The notes: generated by a model from the letters alone, not told the origin. Numbered from the stretch's first letter, positions 51,491-62,392 are shown. The stretch is 64,000 bases of DNA from an uncultured Chroococcidiopsis sp. (GCA_964248365.1 CAXTYC010000023.1:1-64000); one strand, 5' to 3'. A program made the numbers and translations.

Positions 51491-52267
51491 GTGAGTTCAG
51501 TCTGTATTGAAATTGTAGAGGGGAATCCACATTTGCGATCGCTGCTGTGTTGGCACTTGCAACAGGTAGGCTATCGAGTGCATCAAGCCGCCAGTCTTTA
51601 CCAAGCGCGAGATGTGTTTTTAACACGCCAGCCAACATTGATCGTACTTGATACTGAACTTGCCGATGGTGATGGACTCGAATTTTGCCGTTGGTTACAG
51701 CGACAGCAACAGCCGTTAATTTTAATGCTGTCTATCCGTAACACTGAAACTGATATTGTCACTGGGCTGAAGGCAGGAGCAGATGATTATCTCACAAAAC
51801 CATTTGGGATGCAAGAGTTTTTAGCGCGGGTAGAAGCACTATTGCGGCGAAATCGTACACCAGTTGCACCTGCATATTTGGATTATGGAATTTTACAAAT
51901 CGATTTGGTGCAGCGTCGTGTGTGTTTTCAAGGCGAATACATTGATTTGACACCCCAGGAATTCAGCTTGCTCTATGTTTTAGCTCAAGCGGGTGGTTTA
52001 CCTTTGAGTAGATCGGAATTGCTACGTCGCGCTTGGCCTGATGCAATCGATAATCCTCGTACTATAGATACTCATGTGCTGTCTCTACGCAAAAAAGTCG
52101 AAACTGATCCGCGACAGCCTAGTTTAATTCAAACTGTGCGTAATGTGGGATATCGGTTTAATGTAGAAATGCTCAAAGCAACGAGTGTACAGCCATCAGA
52201 GGCATTCAAGCGTCAAAAGTCCAGTACCGATCATCCTCAGCGCTCAGCCTTGAGTAGTCAGTTTTGA
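51491..52267 (+). CDS. OmpR-family response regulator
   Basis: Receiver with atypical VEGN acidic pocket and GADDYLTKPF; winged helix LTPQEFSLL..RTIDTHVLSLRKK..IQTVRNVGYRF. Confidence 0.93.
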   Translation: MSSVCIEIVEGNPHLRSLLCWHLQQVGYRVHQAASLYQARDVFLTRQPTLIVLDTELADGDGLEFCRWLQRQQQPLILMLSIRNTETDIVTGLKAGADDYLTKPFGMQEFLARVEALLRRNRTPVAPAYLDYGILQIDLVQRRVCFQGEYIDLTPQEFSLLYVLAQAGGLPLSRSELLRRAWPDAIDNPRTIDTHVLSLRKKVETDPRQPSLIQTVRNVGYRFNVEMLKATSVQPSEAFKRQKSSTDHPQRSALSSQF

Positions 52268-52697
52268 ATTAATTAACAGTATTGCACGAATACGCAAGCA
52301 TGGACTGTGTTTACATTCGTGCGGCTGTTTGTTCATTCCGCCTCTTTTACTTAAAATGATTATAAAAACAGTAGTTTACATTATATACTAAATTTATAGT
52401 ATTTATTTACAAAATTTACAGAAAGTCATGGTATTCTCATAAAATACCTCTTTTGGTACTTCCAGATCTGCCTGCGAAGTAACTACTCTACTAATCGTTA
52501 AGACAGTGAGAAAGGATACAAAATAAGGTGATTTTCGGGATAATCCCTTCATTTCTGGACGAAAAGTTCAGAAGGCTTTTAGTATTCATTAGATTGCGGT
52601 TTCAGGCAACGCGATGGCTGACCAATTTAGGATAGAAACGAAGTTGTGAGATGCGTAGCGTTGATTCCTGCTAACTGTTGAGTAAAGGCACAAGAAT

Positions 52698-53939
52698 ATG
52701 AGTAATGTCCAGGCAAAATTTTCAGCAACCGAAAATACATTTCATGTAGAAGGCTACGAGAAAATTGAGTTCAGTTTCGTCTTTGTCAACGGCGCTTTCG
52801 ATGTAAAGAACACAGAACTAGCAGACAGCTACAAAAAATTTGGTCGTTGTCTAGCTGTAGTTGACCATAACGTGAATCGGCTCTACGGAGAGCAAATTGA
52901 AGCATATTTCAAGCACTACAACATTGACCTTACCGTCTTTCCTGTTGCAATTAGCGAACCTACTAAGACCATAGAAACATTTGAATCAATCATAGATGCT
53001 TTCGCAGATTTCGGTCTGGTACGTAAAGAGCCAGTGCTAATTGTAGGCGGCGGATTGGTGACAGATGTTGCAGGCTTCGCTTGTGCGGCTTACCGTCGCA
53101 GCACCAACTACATCCGCATTCCCACTACACTAATCGGTTTAGTCGATGCAGGAGTAGCAATCAAAGTTGCTGTCAATCACGGGAAGCTCAAAAACCGCTT
53201 GGGTGCATACCACGCACCACAAAAAGTGTTGATGGACTTCTCCTTCTTGCGGACACTCCCCACGCCAGAAGTCCGTAATGGTATGGCGGAATTGGTGAAA
53301 ATTGCTGTTGTCTCAAACGCCCAAGTGTTCGAGCTGCTGTGCGAGTATGGGGAAGATTTACTTAATACTCACTTTGGCTACCTTGGCGGTACGGGCGAAC
53401 TGAAGGAAGCCGCTCATCGGGTGAAATATGAGTCGATCAAAACGATGCTAGAATTGGAGACTCCCAATCTCCACGAGCTAGATCTAGACCGCGTAATCGC
53501 CTACGGTCATACTTGGAGTCCTACATTAGAATTGGCTCCGGCTGTACCACTGCTGCACGGTCATGCAGTAAATATTGATATGGCATTGTCAGCAACGATC
53601 GCAGCGAAGCGGGGTTACATTACAATCGAAGAGCGGGATCGCATTTTGGGACTAATGAGCCGCATCGGTTTAGCCTTGGATCATCCTCTACTCGATAGCG
53701 ACCTATTGTGGTATAGTACACAGTCGATCACCCAAACGCGAGACGGATTACAACGAGCTGCAATGCCAAGACCAATTGGACATTGCTTCTTCGTCAACGA
53801 TATGACGCGGGAAGAACTCGATGCAGTTCTTGCCGATCACAAACGCATCTGTGCCTCGTACCCCCGTGCTGGTGCAGGTGTCGATGGCTATGTAGGTAGC
53901 TACCAACAAAATTTAGTGGAGAGTACAGCCAATGTCTAG
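52698..53939 (+). CDS. mysA: Desmethyl-4-deoxygadusol synthase (sedoheptulose-7-phosphate cyclase)
   Basis: [40 protein letters not shown] and GHTWSP. Confidence 0.93.
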   Translation: MSNVQAKFSATENTFHVEGYEKIEFSFVFVNGAFDVKNTELADSYKKFGRCLAVVDHNVNRLYGEQIEAYFKHYNIDLTVFPVAISEPTKTIETFESIIDAFADFGLVRKEPVLIVGGGLVTDVAGFACAAYRRSTNYIRIPTTLIGLVDAGVAIKVAVNHGKLKNRLGAYHAPQKVLMDFSFLRTLPTPEVRNGMAELVKIAVVSNAQVFELLCEYGEDLLNTHFGYLGGTGELKEAAHRVKYESIKTMLELETPNLHELDLDRVIAYGHTWSPTLELAPAVPLLHGHAVNIDMALSATIAAKRGYITIEERDRILGLMSRIGLALDHPLLDSDLLWYSTQSITQTRDGLQRAAMPRPIGHCFFVNDMTREELDAVLADHKRICASYPRAGAGVDGYVGSYQQNLVESTANV

Positions 53940-54765
53940 TGCTGCTGACGTGGAAAGTCCTCGTCCCGTCACACCATTGGGTATTTTGGTAGAGCATCTC
54001 GAAACTGCGGTAAGCATGGTCGAGGCAGAACCAAATGTGCCTACTGCTGTAAAAGCGCACTTACAAAAAGCCTTGCGTCTGGGCGCAGGTTTAGACCCTT
54101 ACATCGAAGAGTATACGACAAAAGAATCTCCAGCCCTGAGCGCGATCGCCCAAAAAACTCATACTGAGGATTGGAGTAAGCGGTTTTCAGATGGTGCTAC
54201 CGTGCGTCAATTAGAGCAAGAGATGCTGTCGGGACACCTGGAAGGGCAGGTACTCAAGATGTTCGTCTACATGACCCGTGCCAAAAGCATATTGGACATT
54301 GGGATGTTTACAGGGTACTCAGCTCTTGCGATGGCAGAAGCTTTACCTGCTGACGGGTGTTTAGTAGCCTGTGAGGTGGATCAATATGTCGCCTCTTTTG
54401 CCCAAGGTCTATTCCAAGGTTCCCCGCACGGGGCAAAAATTCAGGTCGAATTAGGTTCAGCACTTGCTACCCTCGAAAAGCTTGCACAAAAGGAAGAATC
54501 CTTCGATTTGGTATTTATTGATGCCGACAAAAAGGAGTATGTGCAGTATTTCCAAACTTTGTTGGACACTAACTTGCTAGCACCTCAAGGGTTTATCTGT
54601 GTAGACAATACCTTGTTGCAGGGACAAGTTTACCTTCCCGAACAAGAAAGAACCCCCAATGGAGAAGCGATCGCCACTTTCAACCAGGTCGTTGCTAACG
54701 ATTCCCGTGTTGAGCAAGTGATACTGCCTTTGCGAGACGGCTTGACGATCATCAGGCGAGTGTAG
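53932..54765 (+). CDS. mysB: O-methyltransferase of MAA biosynthesis
   Basis: [27 protein letters not shown] and FIDADK; overlaps the mysA stop. Confidence 0.92.
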   Translation: MSSAADVESPRPVTPLGILVEHLETAVSMVEAEPNVPTAVKAHLQKALRLGAGLDPYIEEYTTKESPALSAIAQKTHTEDWSKRFSDGATVRQLEQEMLSGHLEGQVLKMFVYMTRAKSILDIGMFTGYSALAMAEALPADGCLVACEVDQYVASFAQGLFQGSPHGAKIQVELGSALATLEKLAQKEESFDLVFIDADKKEYVQYFQTLLDTNLLAPQGFICVDNTLLQGQVYLPEQERTPNGEAIATFNQVVANDSRVEQVILPLRDGLTIIRRV

Positions 54766-54768
54766 TCA

Positions 54769-54829
54769 TAGGGGCGGGTTTAACAAACAATCAATTGGGC
54801 AATAGATAACCCAAATAAACCCGCCCGTA
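54769..54829. repeat. REP-like palindromic dispersed repeat inside the mys operon
   Basis: TAGGGGCGGGTTTA..TAAACCCGCCCGTA. Confidence 0.75.
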
Positions 54830-54874
54830 TCCACGTTCTAGGGGTGAGGTTGATCCACACTTTTAAGGCTATAT

Positions 54875-56239
54875 ATGGTGCAACAACAATCTACACAAGG
54901 GCGTGTTTTCGCCGCCTTCCAAAATTTGGGGACGCTGGCGTTACTGGCGATCGCTTTTCCCTTTAACTGCATCGTCGTCTTAACATCGCTGCTATGGAAC
55001 TTTTTGAGCCGACCGTTCCAGCAGCAAGTTGTTTTCAACCCCAATTCCAAAAATATCTTGATCGCTGGCAGTAGGATGACTAAAGCCCTTCAGCTAGCGC
55101 GATCGTTTCATGCCGCTGGGCATCGAGCCATTTTAGTTGATACCGATAAATACTGGTTAGCTGGTAATCAATTTTCCAACGCTGTCGCTGCCTCTTACAC
55201 AGTACCCGATCCAAGCAAAGATTTAGAAGGCTATACTAAAGCCCTATATGCGATCGCCATCAAAGAAAAGATCGACTTTTTTATTCCGGTAGCCATTTTC
55301 GCTGTCATCTACTATGACTCGCAAGGTAAACCACCGTTACCAGACGATGTAGAGTTTTTCCACTTCGATGCTGATGTCACAAAAATGCTAGATGACAAGT
55401 TCGCCTTTGCCGAAAGGGCGCGAAGTTTCTCGTTATCAGTCCCCAAATCGTTCCTAATTACCAACCCCGAACAAGTCCTCAACTTCGACTTTTCCAACGA
55501 GAAAAATAAGTACATCCTCAAAAGCATTCCCTACGACCAAATACGTCGCTTGGATCTCACCAAGTTACCTTGTGATACCCCAGCGCAAACAGCAGAATTT
55601 GTCAATAGTCTGCCTATCAGCCCAGAGAAGCCCTGGATTATGCAGGAATTTATTTCCGGCAAGGAATACTGCACTCACAGTACCGTAAGAGACGGAGAGA
55701 CAACAATGTACTGCTGCTGTGAGTCATCCGCCTTTCAAGTCAACTACGAAAACGTTGATAAGCCTAAAATTATGGAATGGGCGACTCATTTTGCCAAAGA
55801 ACTGGGACGTACTGGGCAGCTCTCCTTTGACTTTATTGAGGCTCCTGACGGAACTCCTTACGCGATCGAGTGCAACCCCCGCACTCACTCTGCCATTACT
55901 ATGTTTTACAACCACCCAGGAGTAGCGGATGCCTATCTCGATAAAGACGTTGCAAGCAAAACCTCTACAATTTATCCTTTGCAACCGCTTCCTGATAGTA
56001 AGCCTACCTATTGGCTGTACCACGAACTCTGGAGACTTAATGAGGTTAGATCGTTAAAGCAATTACAAACTTGGGTAAGAAATATTTTGCGGGGGAAAGA
56101 CGCAATTTTTGAGGTGAGCGATCCCCTACCCTTCCTGATGGTACACCACTGGCAAATTCCCTTACTCCTGCTCGACAATCTATTAAGACTCAAAGGCTGG
56201 ATCAGAATAGATTTTAACATTGGTGAACTTATAGAGTAA
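54875..56239 (+). CDS. mysC: ATP-grasp mycosporine ligase
   Basis: MTKALQLARSFH, LDDKF, YILKSIPYD, EYCTHS, CCESSAFQVNYE, AIECNPRTHS and DPLPFLMVHHWQIP. Confidence 0.92.
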   Translation: MVQQQSTQGRVFAAFQNLGTLALLAIAFPFNCIVVLTSLLWNFLSRPFQQQVVFNPNSKNILIAGSRMTKALQLARSFHAAGHRAILVDTDKYWLAGNQFSNAVAASYTVPDPSKDLEGYTKALYAIAIKEKIDFFIPVAIFAVIYYDSQGKPPLPDDVEFFHFDADVTKMLDDKFAFAERARSFSLSVPKSFLITNPEQVLNFDFSNEKNKYILKSIPYDQIRRLDLTKLPCDTPAQTAEFVNSLPISPEKPWIMQEFISGKEYCTHSTVRDGETTMYCCCESSAFQVNYENVDKPKIMEWATHFAKELGRTGQLSFDFIEAPDGTPYAIECNPRTHSAITMFYNHPGVADAYLDKDVASKTSTIYPLQPLPDSKPTYWLYHELWRLNEVRSLKQLQTWVRNILRGKDAIFEVSDPLPFLMVHHWQIPLLLLDNLLRLKGWIRIDFNIGELIE

Positions 56240-56244
56240 AAATT

Positions 56245-57422
56245 ATGCCTTGGTAGCCTCTCAACAAGTATTGCTGAGATTTCTGGTTCGCTTGGCAAGG
56301 GGAAACTTTATATGTTTTCTATCTCCAAGCTAATAAACTCACTTGTAGCTACAATCCAGAACGAAGACATAATTTAGCATCTATTGGTCACGCCGTCTTG
56401 ACTAATTTTGGTTGGCAAGAAATCAATCCCGATCAGCCAGTCATTTCAAACAGAGATGGAAACTTTTGGAATAATCTTTCAATTTGGACAGGAAGTATTA
56501 TCGAAAAAGAAGGCTTATATTATCTGTTCTACACAGCAAGATGCAAAGACGAAGCGTGGGTGGAAACACCTTACGAGCGACGTATACCTCAAAACATTGG
56601 TGTAGCTGTGTCGGAGGATTTAAAGACTTGGACTAGAACCCTCACCTCGTTAGAAAAACCTGTTATTCCCAATCCTGGTATAGATAGTCAATTTGACGGC
56701 ATAAACTGGCGCGATCCTTATGTGATTAAAGACGATATAGATGGGCAGTTTTATGCTTTTATCTGTGCTCATCCAAAAGATACTTCTGCCGATGCTGGTG
56801 GTGTTATCGCTTATGCCACTTCTAAGGATTTATCTAATTGGCAAGACGAACCTTATCGAATTTTGTACAGCAGCAATAAATTTTTATTTACTGAAGTTCC
56901 TCAAGTTTTTTGGCGAAAGACTAACGACTTGAAATCCTGGCGCTTGTACTTTTTGTTTAGTCCTCGCTGGAGTTCCTTTTTTAATAGAGAAATACCAACT
57001 GGTATTACATATTATGTCCATTATGTACCCATAGAAAATAGAAAAAAGGTCAGTTATGACAATATTCCTTGGGAGACAGAGCCAGCTAAGATACTTGTTA
57101 AAGGTCTACATGGTGGGAAGCTGATCGAGCCAGAAAAAGAAGAAAATCCGGTTCATCATTATAATGGTATGTTTCTGACACAGTTGAAGGTCCTTATCAT
57201 CCAAGAAATGAAGATGACTTTATTGTCAAAGGTAGCGAGACAACTGGAATGTATGGAACCAACTTTCTGCAAGTATCGACAGATCCAGAAGAATGGATTG
57301 CTTATGGTTGGTATCACAGATTGCACGCTTTAGCAGTTTCCCAAGCGTTTCGAGTTGACTGGAAGAATACATGGAATCTGGATACTTTGAAAATTTCTCT
57401 TACCAGTACAGGGCTTAAGTGA
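56245..57422 (+). pseudogene. GH32/GH68-like five-bladed beta-propeller glycoside hydrolase pseudogene (probably two propellers fused by deletion)
   Basis: ATG 56245 gives MPW*PLNKYC*DFWF (stops 56254, 56275), then WTGS, WRDPYV and TEVPQ. After about 57160 another frame reads WYVSDTVEGPY..MYGTNF..IAYGW to TGA 57422. Confidence 0.82.
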
Positions 57423-57423
57423 G

Positions 57424-57484
57424 TTTCGCGCAAAGACGCAAAGGCGCTAAGAAGCTCTTTGTGTCTTTGCGCCTTTGCGTGAGA
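57424..57484. repeat. Palindromic dispersed repeat (CGCAAAG type)
   Basis: TTTCGCGCAAAGACGCAAAGGCGC..GTGTCTTTGCGCCTTTGCGTGAGA; a related half-copy lies at about 49312-49365. Confidence 0.7.
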
Positions 57485-57543
57485 TAATACCACCGAGGAA
57501 TCCTTTTAGGGCAAAATAGTAAGTTGCAGCATTCGGTCAGTTT

Positions 57544-58695
57544 ATGCCCTCTCGTTCACTTGATGCTTATGAGAGTACAGCTACCCAAAAGCAAGTAATT
57601 GGTGTAGCAGTAGTGGGGACTGGATTTGGTCAAAAAGTCCACATCCCTGGATTTGATGCTAATCCCCAAACTCAGGTAGTTGCTGTTTATCATCAGGATT
57701 TGGAAAAAGCAAAAGCGATCGCCTCCTCTCACAACATCCCCCACGCTTGTCATACAATTGACGATATCCTTGCCCTGCCCGAAGTGCAAGCAGTCAGCAT
57801 CTCGACACCGCCATTTCTACATTACGAGATGGCGAAACAAGTCATACAAGCGGGAAAGCATCTGTTACTAGAAAAACCTACAACTCTGAGTGCAGAGGAA
57901 GCACGAGAGTTATATCATCTGGCTAAACAAAAAAGAGTAATTGCTACCCTGGATTTTGAATATCGCTTTGTTCCAGCATGGCAGTGTTTAGCAGAACTGC
58001 TATCTGAAGATTATGTAGGTAAGAAGCGTTTAATTAAAATTGATTGGCTAGTTTCCAGTCGTGCTGATGCATCCCGTCCTTGGAATTGGTATTCTCGTAA
58101 AGATCAAGGTGGTGGAGCGTTGGGAGCATTAGGTTCTCATGCTTTCGATTATATTAACTGGTTATTTGGTTCGGTAAGCAAATTGTGCGCCCATCTAAGT
58201 ACTAGCATACCAATGCGACCCGATCCAGTTAGCGGGGAATTGAAGCGGGTGGATGCGGATGACACCTGTACGATCATGCTGGAATTAGCAGATGGTACGC
58301 CTTGTCAGGTTTGTATTAGTGCGGCTGTCTATGCGCCTCGTACTCATGGTGTAGAAGTTTATGGCGATCGCGGTACTCTAGTTTTAGGCAGTAATAATCA
58401 AAAAGATTATATTCACGGGTTTCATCTGTCAGGTAGTCAAGCCGGACAACCTTTAGTCCAGTTAGAAATTCCCATGCGTCTTAATTTTGGCAAAACTTAC
58501 ACTGATGGGCGCATTGCAGCATTTATTCGAGTAGTAGATTACTGGGTACAAGCAATTGACAAAGGGGAAGCAACAGCACCCTCACTGCGCGAAGGCGTTT
58601 ACTCTCAGTTGTTGATGGATCTTAGTCACACCTCCCATCAACAGCGCAGTTGGGTAGATGTACCTCAGTTAGAAACGTTTTTGGCTGGTGGTTAA
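57544..58695 (+). CDS. Gfo/Idh/MocA-family NAD(P)-dependent oxidoreductase
   Basis: VVGTGFG, STPPFLH, GKHLLLEKP and GGGALGALGSH. Confidence 0.92.
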   Translation: MPSRSLDAYESTATQKQVIGVAVVGTGFGQKVHIPGFDANPQTQVVAVYHQDLEKAKAIASSHNIPHACHTIDDILALPEVQAVSISTPPFLHYEMAKQVIQAGKHLLLEKPTTLSAEEARELYHLAKQKRVIATLDFEYRFVPAWQCLAELLSEDYVGKKRLIKIDWLVSSRADASRPWNWYSRKDQGGGALGALGSHAFDYINWLFGSVSKLCAHLSTSIPMRPDPVSGELKRVDADDTCTIMLELADGTPCQVCISAAVYAPRTHGVEVYGDRGTLVLGSNNQKDYIHGFHLSGSQAGQPLVQLEIPMRLNFGKTYTDGRIAAFIRVVDYWVQAIDKGEATAPSLREGVYSQLLMDLSHTSHQQRSWVDVPQLETFLAGG

Positions 58696-58747
58696 GGTAT
58701 TTAAAGAGATTAACCAACAATCTAAAGATAAAACTGATTAGCTATTC

Positions 58748-59443
58748 ATGAGTTATCTTCCATTTATTTCTGATCAAAAGCTGAAAAATGCAGTCCAAAA
58801 TGTAGTTGATTGTATTTTAGAGACAGAACAAAAACAAGAAGAAGAAATGTATAAAAATGTTATAGACCCTTTTTCAGCAATTTTTGACGGTGCAGTACAA
58901 GGCTTTAGTTTAGAAGCATGGCTTAAAAAAGAAAAATCTAGACAAGTTCAGAAAACAGTACAAAACCGAATAGGATATTTTCACCAAGAGATTTTAGGTA
59001 GCATTCCTGGCTGGACAACTCTAGATGAAGGTGTAGATGTTTGTAATCAAGAGAGGAAAATAATAGCGGAATTAAAGAATAAGTACAACACAGTTAAAGG
59101 AAGCGATAAGTTTGGTATTTATGATTATTTGTTATCGTGTTTAAGCAAACCAGAGTATCAAGACTTTACAGCCTACTATGTTGAAATTATTCCTAAAAAC
59201 AGAACAGCCTACGATAAACCTTTTACTCCTTCAAGTAGAGAATCTGGGACGCGAAGACCTATGAATCAAAAAATCAGAGTAATAAGTGGGCAAGAATTTT
59301 ACAAATTAGCTACTGGCGAACCTAAAGCTTTAAGTATGCTATTTAATATATTACCAGACGTGATATGTGATGTTTCAGGATTAGAAAAACTTAGTGAACA
59401 ACAGAAGGCGACATTTAGAAGCTTGTTCGATAGAGCTTACTAA
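58748..59443 (+). CDS. Type II restriction endonuclease, Eco47II-family-like (GGNCC predicted)
   Basis: NVIDPFS, RQVQKTVQNRIGYFHQ, PD-(D/E)xK-type GVDV..IAELKNKYNT and FYKLATG; converges on a C5-MTase. Confidence 0.8.
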   Translation: MSYLPFISDQKLKNAVQNVVDCILETEQKQEEEMYKNVIDPFSAIFDGAVQGFSLEAWLKKEKSRQVQKTVQNRIGYFHQEILGSIPGWTTLDEGVDVCNQERKIIAELKNKYNTVKGSDKFGIYDYLLSCLSKPEYQDFTAYYVEIIPKNRTAYDKPFTPSSRESGTRRPMNQKIRVISGQEFYKLATGEPKALSMLFNILPDVICDVSGLEKLSEQQKATFRSLFDRAY

Positions 59444-59451
59444 CTTAATAA

Positions 59452-60501
59452 TTAATCTTCAGCATTTGATAAAGCACTGACTATTGCTCGTCCTAAGTGA
59501 TAAGCAAAGTTTACAGGCACTGCATTGCCAATCTGCTGATATTTTGAACCAATACCTCCAATGAATTCCCAGTCATCTGGAAAGGTTTGAATTCTGGCAT
59601 ATTCCCTTACTGTAAATGGTCTGGTTTCATCTGGGTGACAGCGTTCAGTTTGTTTTTGTGATGGTGAAGTGGTCAGCGTTAAACTCGGCTCGTCCCAAGA
59701 GATTCGACGTGCCATACCTGTTCTTCCACCTGAGAGATAATAGCTTTTCATCATATAGCTTTTCTGAATATCTTCTGGTAAGTCTCGCCAACAGCCACCA
59801 GGCGGCACTAAAGCTAAAATAGCAGCTTTTTTAGGGCTGTATTTCATTCCTTCAGAAGGTGGAACATTTTTTAGAGCATCTCTTACCGTAAGAATTCTTG
59901 CAGAAGGAGCAGGGTACACAAAGCGAATGCCTGAACGAATACCGATGATAATAACTCTTTCTCGCTTCTGCGGCACATCATAGTTAACCGCATTCAACAA
60001 ACGATAGTGAACGTCATAACCTAAAGATTCTAGGACTGATAAAACTGTTTTGAGAGTTTTACCTTTTTGATGACTAATTAAACCTCTTACATTTTCAGCT
60101 AGAAATAATTTAGGCTGTACCTCTTTTACACAACGTGCAAATTCATAAAACAAAGTACCACGAATATCTTCAAAACCTAAACCTTTACCTGCATAGCTGA
60201 AAGCTTGGCAAGGAAACCCCCCAGTAACAACATCTGCACTCATGCCATCAAAAGAAACCTTAGAGACATCAGCATGAATCACATTCCAATCTGGGCGATT
60301 ATGTCGAAGCGTTGCTACAGCATCTTTGTCAATTTCAATCAGCGCTTTGGCTTTTAATCCAGCCTGTTCTAATCCAAGCGCTAGACCGCCAGCCCCCGCG
60401 AAAAGCTCAATAACAGTGGCTGTAGTTGTGGTTGAAACTTGAACAGGGGGAGCAGTGTACGGGATATCTGGAAGTTTAAACAGATCTAGCTGCGTATACA
60501 T
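59452..60501 (-). CDS. DNA (cytosine-5)-methyltransferase (M.Eco47II/M.Sau96I-like)
   Basis: Motifs FAGAGG, GFPCQAFS, ENV, QKRER, TRD LTTSPSQKQTERCHP and QIGNAVP. Confidence 0.95.
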   Translation of the reverse strand: MYTQLDLFKLPDIPYTAPPVQVSTTTTATVIELFAGAGGLALGLEQAGLKAKALIEIDKDAVATLRHNRPDWNVIHADVSKVSFDGMSADVVTGGFPCQAFSYAGKGLGFEDIRGTLFYEFARCVKEVQPKLFLAENVRGLISHQKGKTLKTVLSVLESLGYDVHYRLLNAVNYDVPQKRERVIIIGIRSGIRFVYPAPSARILTVRDALKNVPPSEGMKYSPKKAAILALVPPGGCWRDLPEDIQKSYMMKSYYLSGGRTGMARRISWDEPSLTLTTSPSQKQTERCHPDETRPFTVREYARIQTFPDDWEFIGGIGSKYQQIGNAVPVNFAYHLGRAIVSALSNAED

Positions 60502-60587
60502 AATTAACGAGTATAAGTAATCTTTCTAATAAACTTGAGGCACTCCCGTAGTAACTGCGGTGTGTGAACTGCTTTCTCTTATTTGAG

Positions 60588-60658
60588 CAGCTAATTAGCT
60601 AATTGTCAATATAACTAAACAAAAATATATCTATTAATCAACACAGCTAATTAGCTAA
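60588..60658. promoter_or_regulatory. Twin palindromic operator-like sites in the divergent MTase/RHH promoter region
   Basis: CAGCTAATTAGCTAA at 60588-60602 and 60644-60658, each containing the palindrome AGCTAATTAGCT. Confidence 0.6.
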
Positions 60659-60699
60659 GCTATACTAAGAATTAACTCTATTCAGCAAAAATAGGCAAA

Positions 60700-60903
60700 A
60701 TGGCACAGACACAAAGAAAGCCTGTATATGTACAGCCAGAACATCACGACATATTAAGGCGAATTGCTTATGAGGAACGCTGCAATCTATCAGATGTACT
60801 GGATGTGGTATTGGAACAAGCAGATTGGACAAAAGTTGCAAAAGAGGCAAGTAACAAACCTACTTACAGAGCAATGGAGAGAGGAGGTCAATATAAGGTT
60901 TGA
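60700..60903 (+). CDS. Small ribbon-helix-helix-like DNA-binding protein
   Basis: Beta-strand RKPVYV, helix PEHHDILRRIAYEE, turn, helix LSDVLDVVLE. Confidence 0.6.
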   Translation: MAQTQRKPVYVQPEHHDILRRIAYEERCNLSDVLDVVLEQADWTKVAKEASNKPTYRAMERGGQYKV

Positions 60904-61180
60904 TATATGATGTTTTCAACACCACTGGTAACGCATTTCTGCCAAATGAGACTCTAACCCCAATAGTTCCAACTGCAACGAAGCACTAGAAACTCTCCAA
61001 CTGAATATCCTATATTTTGCACAATCAAGTCAAAGGATAGTTGGGTAAATGTACTCTAGTTAGAAACTTTTCTCACTGGTGAGTAATAACTAGCATCAGT
61101 AGATTTCACCAGGACATTAATCAATCATTAAATTAAATTTAAAAAAATCTATCAATGACTCCTGTAGGGAGTGAATACTA

Positions 61181-62392
61181 GTGTTATCAGTAGCAATTTT
61201 TGTATGCCTTGGCTGGATTATATCAGTTTGTCTGCATGAATTTGGTCATGCGATCGTTGCCTATTGGGGTGGTGATACTTCAGTTAAAGATAAGGGATAT
61301 CTAACATTAAATCCGCTCAAATATACTGACATTAACCTAAGCCTAACTTTGCCGCTCATTTTTGTGCTAATGGGTGGAATTCCTCTACCTGGCGCAGCAG
61401 TTTATATTAATCATAATCGCCTACGCAATCGCTGGTGGCAAAGTGCAGTATCAGCAGCAGGTCCCGTTACTAGTGCTATTGTGGCTTTATTATTAGCACT
61501 ACCCTTCAAATTAGGTTTAGCGTTGCCCAATAGTGAATCGTTGTGGATCTGGTCGGCTCTAGCATTTCTAATTTATTTAGAAATTTATGTCACTATCATA
61601 AATTCTCTGCCAATTCCATCGCTTGATGGTTATGGCGTAATTGAGCCTTGGTTGCCTCAGAAAGTACAAACACAGCTAGGGAAATTTAGCAAATATGGAA
61701 TACTTTTCCTATTTGGAATGCTTTGGTTTGTGCAGCCGATAAGTAGATTTTTGGGTGATTTATCTACTACCATTGCCTCTTTTCTTGGCGTTCCCCTGGA
61801 GATGATTGGGGCGGGTTCTAGCTTATTTCATAGAGCAGCAGGTATTCTACTGTTAACAGCCATTGGTATTATTTTTCTCATCCGCAGGATGGCGCGAAAA
61901 CCGCATGAGGGTTGGTTAGAGCGAGGTCAAGGGTTTGCTAAATCAGGGCAATATGAAAAGGCAATCGCAGCCTACGACCAAGTAATTAAACACAAGCCTG
62001 ACTACTATGAAGCTTGGATTAATCGCGGGATTGCATTAGATAAATTACAGCGCTATACAGAAGCATTAGAATCCTATGAGAGAGCAATAAAAATTCAGCC
62101 TGAAAATATTGATTATTGGTATTATAAAGGCTATACTTTATGTAAGATGCAATGCTATGAAGATGCGATCGCCTCTTTTGATAAAGCAATTCAATTCAAT
62201 CCTAAAAATACCTTGGCTTGGTACAACAAAGCTTGCTGCTACGCAGAACAAAATAAAGTAGATTTAGCAATTGAAAGCCTGAAAGAAGCAATCAATCTTG
62301 ACTTGCATAAAGTTAAGAAATTGGCAAAAACTGACCCTAGTTTTGATTTAATTCGGGATAATCCGTTGTTTAAGCAGTTGATTGATGAATAG
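61181..62392 (+). CDS. Site-2 protease (M50) with C-terminal TPR repeats
   Basis: HEFGH, SAAGP and NSLPIPSLDG, followed by several TPR units. Confidence 0.92.
   Translation: MLSVAIFVCLGWIISVCLHEFGHAIVAYWGGDTSVKDKGYLTLNPLKYTDINLSLTLPLIFVLMGGIPLPGAAVYINHNRLRNRWWQSAVSAAGPVTSAIVALLLALPFKLGLALPNSESLWIWSALAFLIYLEIYVTIINSLPIPSLDGYGVIEPWLPQKVQTQLGKFSKYGILFLFGMLWFVQPISRFLGDLSTTIASFLGVPLEMIGAGSSLFHRAAGILLLTAIGIIFLIRRMARKPHEGWLERGQGFAKSGQYEKAIAAYDQVIKHKPDYYEAWINRGIALDKLQRYTEALESYERAIKIQPENIDYWYYKGYTLCKMQCYEDAIASFDKAIQFNPKNTLAWYNKACCYAEQNKVDLAIESLKEAINLDLHKVKKLAKTDPSFDLIRDNPLFKQLIDE

Noticed and set aside
60920..61020. Possible gene remnant (Uma2-like tail) on the minus strand
   Set aside because: Similarity is too short and weak to support.
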